This document shows positions 30,006-38,388 of a stretch of DNA of 64,000 nucleotides, in pieces. The notes beneath the pieces were generated by a model. That model searched no databases, was not told where the DNA came from, and saw nothing but the letters and a program-made list of their open reading frames with translations. The position numbers were made by a program, and so were the translations under genes. The first letter of the stretch is position 1, and the number at the start of each line of letters is the position of its first letter. This stretch comes from a virus (Duplodnaviria > Caudoviricetes), in the IMG/VR virus record IMGVR_UViG_3300033463_006479, positions 32,001 to 96,000 of that record. The stretch is one strand, 5' to 3'.

Positions 30006-31323
30006 CGGAATTATCCCTTTTAGTCTTGTTAAACTTCAAGTTCAATAGTCGCTTCGTTGCTGTCCGTTTGTTCACCAGTTTTCTTGGGTTTTGCAAACGG
30101 TTGATACACAGCTCCACGACTGTACTCGACATTCCTTGCCGAGATATGTCTCTGCCATTCATCTGGCTCGTATGATTCATTATTCTTCGCTGCGTTGATG
30201 TCTCTGTCGTGATGAGCACCGCAGTTCGGGCAAGTCCAATATCTTACACCCAGATTTTTGACTTTCTTGTTTATGTAACCGCACTCGCTGCACATTTGGC
30301 TTGATGGATAATATCTGTCGACTTTCATCATAGTTTTGCCGTTCCATCTGCATTTGTATTCGAGTGTCTGGACAAACTGATGCCAGTTACATTCGGAGAT
30401 GGACTCTGCCAACTTATGATTCTTCATCATTCCTTTAATGTTGAGGTCTTCAACTTTTATCAAATCATAAGTTTTGACAAGTTCTGTGGTTATCTTGTGT
30501 ATGTAATCGGTTTTGATGTCCGTGATTTTCTGGTAGATTCGGTTGCATTTCAACACTTGGTTTTCGTATCTCTTGCTTCCGTGTATCTTTCTTGCCAGAC
30601 ATCTTTGATATTTCTTTAACTTTCTTTTATAATATCTAATTATACTACGTTTACTTGCGTATTTGAATCCCTTGCTTGTTATAATCAACTCCTTTATTCC
30701 GAGGTCAAGACCCACACGCTCATAGGTTTTACTGCTTGGCGTATAATCTTGCTTGACTGTTATCGCTATATAATATCTGCCAGCCTTGTTTTTTGAAATT
30801 GTGGCAAAGCAAATCTTGCCAGTGATTTCTTTGGAGACCACAATGTCTATTCCGCTTTTGAGTTTCGGAATATAAAGTTTATTATCCTTGATTCGGAACG
30901 TGTTTGGCTGTGAAATCCTAAACGACTGTTTGTTCTTTCTGTTCTTGAACTTCGGGTATTTGCTTCTGCGCTTGTAGAAATTGTCATACGCAGTGTGCAT
31001 ATTCCTCAAACTGCATTGCAAAGACTGCAAAGGAATATCATTCAAGAATTCGAATCCTTCAGTCTTGCGGAGTTTGGTCAGTTTAGATTGTTGAATGTTG
31101 TATGAATCGCTTGTCTTTGTTTCTTCGTATTGTTGTTTCTTCTCATTAAGGAAATGGTTGTACACAAGCCTGCAACACCCGAACACATTAGCAAGATAAA
31201 CTTGCTGCTCTCTGTTCGGATATATCCTAAACTTATATGTGTAAACTCTTTCCATCTAATTGAAATACTATACTCTATTTATACCAATTACATTCTTACA
31301 AGACTAAATGGGATAATTCCGTA
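30006..31323 (-). mobile_element. tnpB-only insertion element 2 with 24-bp TIRs (23/24)
   Basis: CGGAATTATCCCTTTTAGTCTTGT (30006-30029) and ACAAGACTAAATGGGATAATTCCG (31298-31321); internal TATAAATA on - strand at 31276-31283. Confidence 0.85.
30029..31255 (-). CDS. tnpB: TnpB (IS605/IS607 OrfB family) RNA-guided nuclease
   Basis: YKFRIYPN HTH, VGLDLG, VEDLN, PSSQMCSECG, CPNCG..HDRDINAA. Confidence 0.93.
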   Translation of the reverse strand: MERVYTYKFRIYPNREQQVYLANVFGCCRLVYNHFLNEKKQQYEETKTSDSYNIQQSKLTKLRKTEGFEFLNDIPLQSLQCSLRNMHTAYDNFYKRRSKYPKFKNRKNKQSFRISQPNTFRIKDNKLYIPKLKSGIDIVVSKEITGKICFATISKNKAGRYYIAITVKQDYTPSSKTYERVGLDLGIKELIITSKGFKYASKRSIIRYYKRKLKKYQRCLARKIHGSKRYENQVLKCNRIYQKITDIKTDYIHKITTELVKTYDLIKVEDLNIKGMMKNHKLAESISECNWHQFVQTLEYKCRWNGKTMMKVDRYYPSSQMCSECGYINKKVKNLGVRYWTCPNCGAHHDRDINAAKNNESYEPDEWQRHISARNVEYSRGAVYQPFAKPKKTGEQTDSNEATIELEV

Positions 31324-31374
31324 ATTTATTATTTTTAATGTTTGTCAATCTTCCTTTTGTTATTGGTTGGATTG

Positions 31375-31749
31375 TCATTTTTCACTAACGCATAAAGATT
31401 CGTTGAATATCTCATCTTCAATAAGCAAGTCATCATATCCTTGGTCTTCAAGTTCTTTGAGCAAATCAGCATATTGTTCCTTTGTAGCTGGGATTGTATC
31501 CTCTTGAACCCAGTCCCACCCGCAGGAACTATGCTGGCCAATATGTGAATAACACATAATAGTACCGTCATTGTTTTCTATATACGGAAACACAGCCACA
31601 ACCTCATCGTTATCTTCGTCATAGCGGAATGTAACAATGGTTTTACCAACAGTTTCCTTGTATTTGGCAAGTCTTGTTTTGGTGACGGGCTTTATGGACA
31701 ACCCTTCATCAAGTTTGTTGTATTCGTTGGATTTAAGAATTTTTGTCAT
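31375..31749 (-). CDS. Tagged hypothetical protein
   Basis: MTKILKSNEYNKLDEGLSIKPVTKTRL; VVAVFP..CYSHIGQHS; late promoter at 31779. Confidence 0.8.
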   Translation of the reverse strand: MTKILKSNEYNKLDEGLSIKPVTKTRLAKYKETVGKTIVTFRYDEDNDEVVAVFPYIENNDGTIMCYSHIGQHSSCGWDWVQEDTIPATKEQYADLLKELEDQGYDDLLIEDEIFNESLCVSEK

Positions 31750-31789
31750 ATCTGATATGATTCATTATAATGCCATTATATTTATAAAA

Positions 31790-31816
31790 GAAAAGCACCA
31801 GAACTCTGGTGCTTTT
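31790..31816. terminator. Intrinsic terminator
   Basis: AAAAGCACCAGA-ac-TCTGGTGCTTTT. Confidence 0.75.
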
Positions 31817-31819
31817 CTA

Positions 31820-32110
31820 TCAGATATGAGGCATACTTATATTCGGCATTTTCGGCATTTTCATACTGCTCTGTGCTTGTTTCATCATATTGCTTCCCAT
31901 CTTCGCTGGGTCGCTCATACCAGATGAAGCCTGCTGCTTGTCCTGCTCTTCCTTTCTCTCTTTCAGTATCTTCTCGTATTCCTCCAAGGAAATCTCGTAT
32001 TCCCAGAACTGCATATTGTCAAGTTCGGAAGGCTGGATATGCCATTGTTCCATCAGAAGAACCCTACTCCTCAAGAAGTTCGTCAAATCTATCTGAAATA
32101 GTCGGAACAA
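31820..32110 (-). CDS. Small baseplate-hub/tail assembly protein, gp51-like (start uncertain)
   Basis: IDLTNFLRSRVLLMEQWHIQPSELDNMQFWEYE pattern; overlaps the end of the upstream gene; TTG at 32110. Confidence 0.55.
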   Translation of the reverse strand: MFRLFQIDLTNFLRSRVLLMEQWHIQPSELDNMQFWEYEISLEEYEKILKERKEEQDKQQASSGMSDPAKMGSNMMKQAQSSMKMPKMPNISMPHI

Positions 32111-33134
32111 ATAGAGATTTGAATCCTCCTCTGGTTTCAGCTCCGTCATCTGACGTGCTTTGAAACATAACTGGGACTTCCATTTCCCCTCCGCAGGACT
32201 CGCAAATAACGTGGATGTTCGGACTCATACCAACGGTTGCGTTCATCTTTTCAACAAAGCGGTAGATGAGCGTGTATTTTGTGGTATCCCAGTTTTCAAA
32301 CTCCGTAGCCATATTGAAAATGTCCTTGTCTTTGAATTGTCTCCACTCACGGCGGAAGAACGGAATCATCTGCACGAGCGACTGTTCCCATTGTTTCTGG
32401 TTTTGCGCCCTGCTGATAGCCCAATCCCTAACGATTGTTGTAACGCCGATTGTGGGCGGTGCAATCTGGATTGTGCCATAGTGCTTTGTGCGGATGCTGT
32501 AACACTTGTTGTCTGGGTCGTAGTATTTTTCCAGTTGCGGGTCACGGTCTGGACGTTCCAGCATATCGGAAGTGAGGCGCACTTCTTTCTGCGGGTGGCA
32601 TCCTGGGGTCTTGCAAGAGCCGTCTGGAATGGGGATGTTGATTACGGTTTCCCCGTTCTTGAATGTGAGCTCTTGGATTTTCTTGATGAGGTAGAAACGG
32701 TCGTGCTCAAGGATGTCCTTGTACGAGCCTGGCATATTGCCGAACATAACTTTCACGCATTGTGAAAGCATATAGTTCATTTTGTCAATGATGTCATTCG
32801 GGTTAGATTCGTCCATCATAGAGTATTCACGGATTTCACCGACACGGCAGGCACGGATATGCACCTCGAAATCGTCACGGTAAAACCTGCCCTCTGAAGG
32901 GAAGCCAGCGAGCGGCAGGTGCATATAGTTCACCAGCGAGTTCATTTTCATAATCTGCGGGTCGTTGTTGATTTCCTCACGTGTCATCTGCTTGTTGATG
33001 CCCATAGGGTTGTCAACCTTGCCCAAATCCATAACCACTGGTCTGTCAACTGGGCTTTCCATCATATTGTCTTTTTGCGTTTCGCCGCCAAATTCACGGA
33101 GAAGATTTTCTTCGTATTCTTTATTTTTGTCCAT
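32064..33134 (-). CDS. Baseplate hub assembly protein, T4 gp26-like
   Basis: LPLAGFPSEGRFY, DRFYLIKKIQELTF, APPTIG, C-terminal CESCG. Confidence 0.7.
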   Translation of the reverse strand: MDKNKEYEENLLREFGGETQKDNMMESPVDRPVVMDLGKVDNPMGINKQMTREEINNDPQIMKMNSLVNYMHLPLAGFPSEGRFYRDDFEVHIRACRVGEIREYSMMDESNPNDIIDKMNYMLSQCVKVMFGNMPGSYKDILEHDRFYLIKKIQELTFKNGETVINIPIPDGSCKTPGCHPQKEVRLTSDMLERPDRDPQLEKYYDPDNKCYSIRTKHYGTIQIAPPTIGVTTIVRDWAISRAQNQKQWEQSLVQMIPFFRREWRQFKDKDIFNMATEFENWDTTKYTLIYRFVEKMNATVGMSPNIHVICESCGGEMEVPVMFQSTSDDGAETRGGFKSLFVPTISDRFDELLEE

Positions 33135-33154
33135 TATTTTATATTTTTTAAATG

Positions 33155-33364
33155 TTAAACCAATTCAATTTTCTTATAGTTGGTGTCAAGACTCTCCTTC
33201 AGATAACCAGACACATTCTTGCCGCTTTCAAGTATGCTCTCGTACACGGATTTCGGCACGTTCACATATTTCACGACATTGCCGTCATTGTATTTGATGG
33301 TGAGTTCCATTGTCACCTCGGAATAGATTATTCCAGTTATTGTCTTGTTGGTGTCTATGAGCAT
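33155..33364 (-). CDS. KTSC-domain protein
   Basis: LTIKYNDGNVVKYVNVPKSVYESIL..VSGYL. Confidence 0.75.
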   Translation of the reverse strand: MLIDTNKTITGIIYSEVTMELTIKYNDGNVVKYVNVPKSVYESILESGKNVSGYLKESLDTNYKKIELV

Positions 33365-34503
33365 AGCGATAGTTTTATTTTTCTGGCTTCCACATCAACG
33401 GAGTTGATTTTCACTTTGATATGGTCGCCGATTTTAATCTGGTTGTTGAGTGCGAGTGTTCCAATGACATTGTATGTGAGTTGCACCAGCATAAAGTTTT
33501 TCGTGGTGCTGATTGCACATCCGTCAAGAATTGTGTTCTGCTTGAACTCCTTGGCGATTTTCTCTTTCCACAAGTTCTTCGTATACCAGTTCTGTGTGAG
33601 CATAAACTGTCCGTTCTGCTCAAAATCAACAAAGAATTTGATTGGGGTTTTCTCAATCTCAATCTCATTGTTGTTGAACAGTTTTCGCATTTCCTCGTTC
33701 ATATCGGAATAAAGGAGTTTGCCTGCAAGACTGCCGTTGAACACAACGAGAACGTAGTCGTGTTTTTTCAATGTTATGATACCTTCGTATTCGGTGTTTC
33801 TGTCCTCGTCCATAACGGTCTTTATGGCGGCTGGGCGTATAATGTCAAGGAACGCTGTGTGTGAAACGACAACCATATCACGCTTGCTGTTGTACATTGT
33901 CGGTATGACCATAAGTTCCTTGCCGAGTATGGAAGTGTAGTCGCTCAATCGGTAGAAGGATGCGGTTGAGCCTGGGAGGAAGCATTTTACGCCTTGTATG
34001 GAAACATAATAGCCTCCGTTCACGCACTCGTCCACCTTTGCTGAATATGCGTGCGAGCTGTCGTGGGAAAGGGCTGCTGAAATGAGTTCGGATTTGACTG
34101 ACAATTTCAGCGAATCCTTGATTGAGATGTTGATGCCCTTTTTCATATTGGCCGCAACTGAAATCTTGTACTTGACACCTTCCTCAAATGCGCTGACAAC
34201 TTCTTCTGGTTCTTCGGAAGCGTCCATCTGATAGTCGTATTTCTTGTTCAGTTGTATGTTCAACTTGCCGTTGTTCTTCTCAATGAGCGTGTTGTCAATA
34301 AGGCGGCTCTGGCTTGAACTCTCAAAATTGGAGATTGTTTCAATGTCCGAACCACCGAGAGTTGCACGGTACTTGTTGATACATTCTAATACGTAAGGTT
34401 CTTGTGAAATGATTTTTTCGCCGTTTTCGCACGGTACATTAATGATTTGTTCGTCCAGCGGGTTTTCCGTGTTGCGAACTTTTACTTTCTGGATAATCAT
34501 CAA
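33355..34503 (-). CDS. Ribosomal protein S1-like (multiple S1/OB domains)
   Basis: AKVDECVNGGYYVSIQGVKCFLPGS; IGDHIKVKINSVDVEARKIKLS. Confidence 0.75.
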   Translation of the reverse strand: MMIIQKVKVRNTENPLDEQIINVPCENGEKIISQEPYVLECINKYRATLGGSDIETISNFESSSQSRLIDNTLIEKNNGKLNIQLNKKYDYQMDASEEPEEVVSAFEEGVKYKISVAANMKKGINISIKDSLKLSVKSELISAALSHDSSHAYSAKVDECVNGGYYVSIQGVKCFLPGSTASFYRLSDYTSILGKELMVIPTMYNSKRDMVVVSHTAFLDIIRPAAIKTVMDEDRNTEYEGIITLKKHDYVLVVFNGSLAGKLLYSDMNEEMRKLFNNNEIEIEKTPIKFFVDFEQNGQFMLTQNWYTKNLWKEKIAKEFKQNTILDGCAISTTKNFMLVQLTYNVIGTLALNNQIKIGDHIKVKINSVDVEARKIKLSLCS

Positions 34504-34549
34504 TCTTTGAATTTAAAAGGTTAGTAATAAAATCAGTTTGTTTTTTTAT

Positions 34550-35272
34550 TTATTTATACAAGTTGTTTTTCGGGTTTTTCTTTTTCTTGAATTTCGGCAT
34601 TTTGCTATTGTCTCTGGACATATATATATTTGCGAAATGCTCGCTGTTGTTCACTTTTCCAACATTCCAACCAGACAAGTCTTGGTCAAAAAACAACGCA
34701 CCTCTGAACATAGCTTCCATTGACAGCACATTGGAAACATCCCATTTGGAAATGTCTTGGTTAAAATTTCTGGCGGCAAAAAACATATATTTCATATTGC
34801 AAACATTTGACACATTCCATTTGGAAATGTCTTGGTCAAACAAACTTGTATTTGCAAACATCGCTTCCATATCTTTCACATTGGAAACGTCCCAGTTTGA
34901 AATATCATTATTGAAATTAGAACGACTGAATATAAATGACATATCTATTACATTTGACACATTCCATTTGGAAATGTCGCCGTTGAATTTGCAGTCAGCA
35001 AACATAAGCGACATACTCGTAACATTGGAAACATTCCAGTCCGATATGTCGCCATTGAACTGGTGCATATCATAGAACAGCTTGCTCATATCTGTTATAT
35101 AAGTAACACAGATGTCGTTGAGGTTGCATTCGTCTCCTTCGTTTGCAATCTTGGTTTTAATAATCTGTATGAGTTCATCCTTTGTTTTCGGATAATAACG
35201 GTAGTTCCGTTTCATACCAGACAGCCGTTCCTTTGACACTGGTCTTATGATAAGTCTGTTTGTGTTTTCCAT
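34550..35272 (-). CDS. DUF285 repeat protein with partial tag
   Basis: MENTNRLIIRPVSKERL; DUF285 repeats. Confidence 0.88.
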   Translation of the reverse strand: MENTNRLIIRPVSKERLSGMKRNYRYYPKTKDELIQIIKTKIANEGDECNLNDICVTYITDMSKLFYDMHQFNGDISDWNVSNVTSMSLMFADCKFNGDISKWNVSNVIDMSFIFSRSNFNNDISNWDVSNVKDMEAMFANTSLFDQDISKWNVSNVCNMKYMFFAARNFNQDISKWDVSNVLSMEAMFRGALFFDQDLSGWNVGKVNNSEHFANIYMSRDNSKMPKFKKKKNPKNNLYK

Positions 35273-35273
35273 A

Positions 35274-35978
35274 CTATTTCATCTTTGGTCTTTTCCATCC
35301 GTTGAAGTCAAAGGAAAGTGGAGATTTTTTGAATATGTCGGTTGTTGCGGCCTTTTCAAGATTCCATTTTGATATGTCTTGGTTGAAACTTGAGTTGTAG
35401 AACATTCTGCTGGCCATTTTTACATTTGACACATTCCATTGGGAAATGTCTCGGTTAAACATTGAATGTGAGAACATATAGTCCATATATTCAACATTGG
35501 AAACATCCCATCTTGACAGACTGCCGTTGAACTGCGCAACGGAGAACATATAGCCCATATCGGTTACGTTGGAAACATCCCAGTCCGATATATCCTTGTT
35601 GAAAGCGGAATGGCAGAACATAGAACGCATATTTCTGACCTTTGACACATTCCATTGTGAGATGTCCCCGTTGAACTCGGACTCTTGGAACATATAGGAC
35701 ATATCTTTCACATTGCTGACATCCCATTGTGAAATGTCGCCGTCAAACATATGCGTTTTGTTTATCTGGTTGAACAGCCTTGACATATTTTTAATGCGAG
35801 AAACGTCTATGTCGTTGAGGTCGCAATGCACGCCCTCGTTCTCTATGCGTTCCGCAATTATCTCAATCAGTTCGTTTTCCCATCTTGGAAAATACTTGTA
35901 TTTCGATACGCCATTTGATTGAACTGGCTGTATGTTTAATTTCTCTGCTATAAAGTCTTTTAATTTAAGTATTATCAT
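35274..35978 (-). CDS. Tagged DUF285 repeat protein
   Basis: FIAEKLNIQPV; DUF285 repeats. Confidence 0.9.
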   Translation of the reverse strand: MIILKLKDFIAEKLNIQPVQSNGVSKYKYFPRWENELIEIIAERIENEGVHCDLNDIDVSRIKNMSRLFNQINKTHMFDGDISQWDVSNVKDMSYMFQESEFNGDISQWNVSKVRNMRSMFCHSAFNKDISDWDVSNVTDMGYMFSVAQFNGSLSRWDVSNVEYMDYMFSHSMFNRDISQWNVSNVKMASRMFYNSSFNQDISKWNLEKAATTDIFKKSPLSFDFNGWKRPKMK

Positions 35979-35981
35979 AGT

Positions 35982-36764
35982 CTATTTGAATAATGGTTGT
36001 TTTTCTGGGTGATTGACAAGTGGAGACTCGTTGAACATATTGATATGTGTTTTTACGCTTCTGACATCCCACCCAGACAAGTCTTGGTCAAATTTATGTG
36101 TCATATTAAACATTTGCATCATATTCACAACACTACGGGTGTTCCATCCAGATATGTCGCTATTAAATTCTTCAGCACCATAGAACATAGATTCCATAGT
36201 TTGCACACTTGACACATTCCATTTGGAAAGATTGCCGTTAAATTCATAAGCATAACAGAACATACCCTTCATACTAATCACATTAGACACATCCCATTCC
36301 GATATGTCCCCGTTGAAACTGGATTCCGAAAACATACCTTCCATACATTTGACGTTGCTCACATTCCATCTGGAAATGTCGCCATTAAAAATGGATTGGC
36401 AAAACATATCGGTCATATCCTCAACATTTTTGACATTCCACATTGATATGTCGCCATTGAAGTCCGAACTTCTGAACATCATTTTCATATTGGTTACATT
36501 GCTGACATCCCATTCGGATATGTTGCCGTTGAAGTCGGAGGTGTAGAACAGTTCTTCCATATTGTCAATGTTGGAAACGTCTATGTCGTTCAAATCGCAT
36601 TCAGCCCCTTCTTTTTCAATTCTGTCTTGTATGATGGAATAAAGGTCTTCCCTTGATGTCGGATGATAATTATGAATACGCCGCATACCATAAAGCCTTG
36701 TCTTTGTGACTGGTTTTATGTTCAGTTTTTCGTTTATATATTTGTCGGACTTCAGTATTCTCAT
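35982..36764 (-). CDS. Tagged DUF285 repeat protein
   Basis: Tag + repeats. Confidence 0.9.
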   Translation of the reverse strand: MRILKSDKYINEKLNIKPVTKTRLYGMRRIHNYHPTSREDLYSIIQDRIEKEGAECDLNDIDVSNIDNMEELFYTSDFNGNISEWDVSNVTNMKMMFRSSDFNGDISMWNVKNVEDMTDMFCQSIFNGDISRWNVSNVKCMEGMFSESSFNGDISEWDVSNVISMKGMFCYAYEFNGNLSKWNVSSVQTMESMFYGAEEFNSDISGWNTRSVVNMMQMFNMTHKFDQDLSGWDVRSVKTHINMFNESPLVNHPEKQPLFK

Positions 36765-36767
36765 ATC

Positions 36768-37553
36768 CTATTTGAATATTGGTTGTTTTTCTGGCTGGTT
36801 TTCCAACGGGCAATCTTTGAACATATCCGTATATACCATAATGCTTTTGGTGTTCCATCCAGACAAGTCTTGGTCAAATGAAGATGCCTTTTCAAACATT
36901 TGCGTCATAGTTATGACATTTGACACATCCCATTTTGATATGTCACTGTTAAACTTTCTTGCCCCGTAGAACATATATGTCATAGTTTGCGACCTTGACA
37001 CATTCCATTTGGACAAATCCCCGTTGAACTTTTCGGCATAGCAGAACATACCAGTCATATCAAACACTTTTGACACATCCCATTTGGACAAGTCCCCGTT
37101 GAATTGTGATGTGTGGAACATTCCAGACATATATTTCACATTTGACACATTCCAATCGGATATGTCATTGTCAAACAAGGACAGCTTGAACATATCGGTC
37201 ATATTCTTCACTTTGCAGACATTCCATTTTGAAATGTCCCCTTTGAAAGATGAGCGGCTGAACATACATTCCATAGTCGTAACATTATGCACGTTCCATT
37301 GGGATATGTTTCCGTTGAAAGTTGATTCATAAAAAAGATGCGACATATCGTCAATGGCAGAAACATCTATATCGTTCAAATCGCATAAATCTCCTTCTGC
37401 TGCTATGCGGTCATCTATAATGCTTTTCAACTCAAACTTTGACTGCGGATAATACTTGTACTTATGCACACGCATACCAGCAAGCCTCGTTCTTGTAACT
37501 GGCTTGATGTTGAGTTTCTCGTTTATATATCGGTCGGCATTGAGTATTTTCAT
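36768..37553 (-). CDS. Tagged DUF285 repeat protein
   Basis: Tag + repeats. Confidence 0.9.
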   Translation of the reverse strand: MKILNADRYINEKLNIKPVTRTRLAGMRVHKYKYYPQSKFELKSIIDDRIAAEGDLCDLNDIDVSAIDDMSHLFYESTFNGNISQWNVHNVTTMECMFSRSSFKGDISKWNVCKVKNMTDMFKLSLFDNDISDWNVSNVKYMSGMFHTSQFNGDLSKWDVSKVFDMTGMFCYAEKFNGDLSKWNVSRSQTMTYMFYGARKFNSDISKWDVSNVITMTQMFEKASSFDQDLSGWNTKSIMVYTDMFKDCPLENQPEKQPIFK

Positions 37554-37559
37554 AATTTT

Positions 37560-38198
37560 CTAATATCTGAAATTTGGTTGCAGCTCTTCCTCATATTGCA
37601 TTGGGCAGTTTTTGAATATGTCGTGGCGATGCCACACATTTCCAACCGACCATCTGGATAGGTCGCCTTTAAATATTGAATCGCAAAACATATACGACAT
37701 TTTCGTAACATTGCTCACATTCCAGTTGGAAATGTCGCCGTTGAAATCCGAATTTTGGAACATATTCTCCATATTTAAAACTTTTCCGACATTCCATTTT
37801 GATATGTCGCCATCAAAGTATGAATTGTAAAACATATATGACATATTTGTAACATTGCCAACATTCCAGTTGGAAATGTCGCCGTTGAATTTTGAGCTTT
37901 GGAACATACCAGTCATATTTTTCGCATTTCTGACATTCCATTCAGATATGTTTCCATCAAAATCCTTTAATGTGGAAATGGAAAACAAATATGAGAAGTT
38001 CGTTATGCAAGAAACATCAATGTCGTTCAAGTTGCAAAAAAAGCCATATTCTTCAATGTGGTTTTCTATGCAAACAATCAGTTCGCCTTTTGTTTTTGGA
38101 TGGTGTTTGTGTGGACGCAGTTCGGCCAGCCTTGTTTTTGAAACTGGCTTGATGCCAAGTTTTTCGTTTATATATCGGTCGGCATTAAGTATTCCCAT
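37560..38198 (-). CDS. Tagged DUF285 repeat protein
   Basis: Tag + repeats. Confidence 0.9.
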   Translation of the reverse strand: MGILNADRYINEKLGIKPVSKTRLAELRPHKHHPKTKGELIVCIENHIEEYGFFCNLNDIDVSCITNFSYLFSISTLKDFDGNISEWNVRNAKNMTGMFQSSKFNGDISNWNVGNVTNMSYMFYNSYFDGDISKWNVGKVLNMENMFQNSDFNGDISNWNVSNVTKMSYMFCDSIFKGDLSRWSVGNVWHRHDIFKNCPMQYEEELQPNFRY

Positions 38199-38223
38199 AG
38201 ACTAATATATTGTTTATTCATTC

Positions 38224-38235
38224 TATTTATAAATA
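38224..38235. promoter_or_regulatory. Overlapping bidirectional late promoter (TATTTATAAATA)
   Basis: Lies between divergent tagged genes; same form as 8147. Confidence 0.7.
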
Positions 38236-38251
38236 TAGAAATTATTTTTGT

Positions 38252-38388
38252 ATGGAAATACTGAAATCAGAACAATATCTAAACAAGAAACTGAACATTA
38301 CTCCAGTAACAAAAACAAGGCTTGACGGATTTGCCAAACCTACTGTTGATGAACATACAAAAAAGTTTATAACAAGCAATGGGTTGGT
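38252..38388 (+). pseudogene. Truncated tagged LRR gene interrupted by tnpB element 3
   Basis: MEILKSEQYLNKKLNITPVTKTRL..VDEHTKKFITSNGLV breaks where paralogs read LVWNP. Confidence 0.75.

Larger units (their letters stand above)
29680..31378 (-). pseudogene. Tagged gene split by tnpB element 2 (parts 31378-31324 and 30005-29680)
   Basis: Removing 30006-31323 gives MTIQPITKGRLTNIKNNK-Y-EITENEVKRFFEYG...VFKK* in frame (126 aa). Confidence 0.65.

Noticed and set aside
30006-30219. 5' part of the 179-aa ORF 29680-30219
   Set aside because: It lies inside the tnpB element; only 30005-29680 looks like the true host-gene remainder
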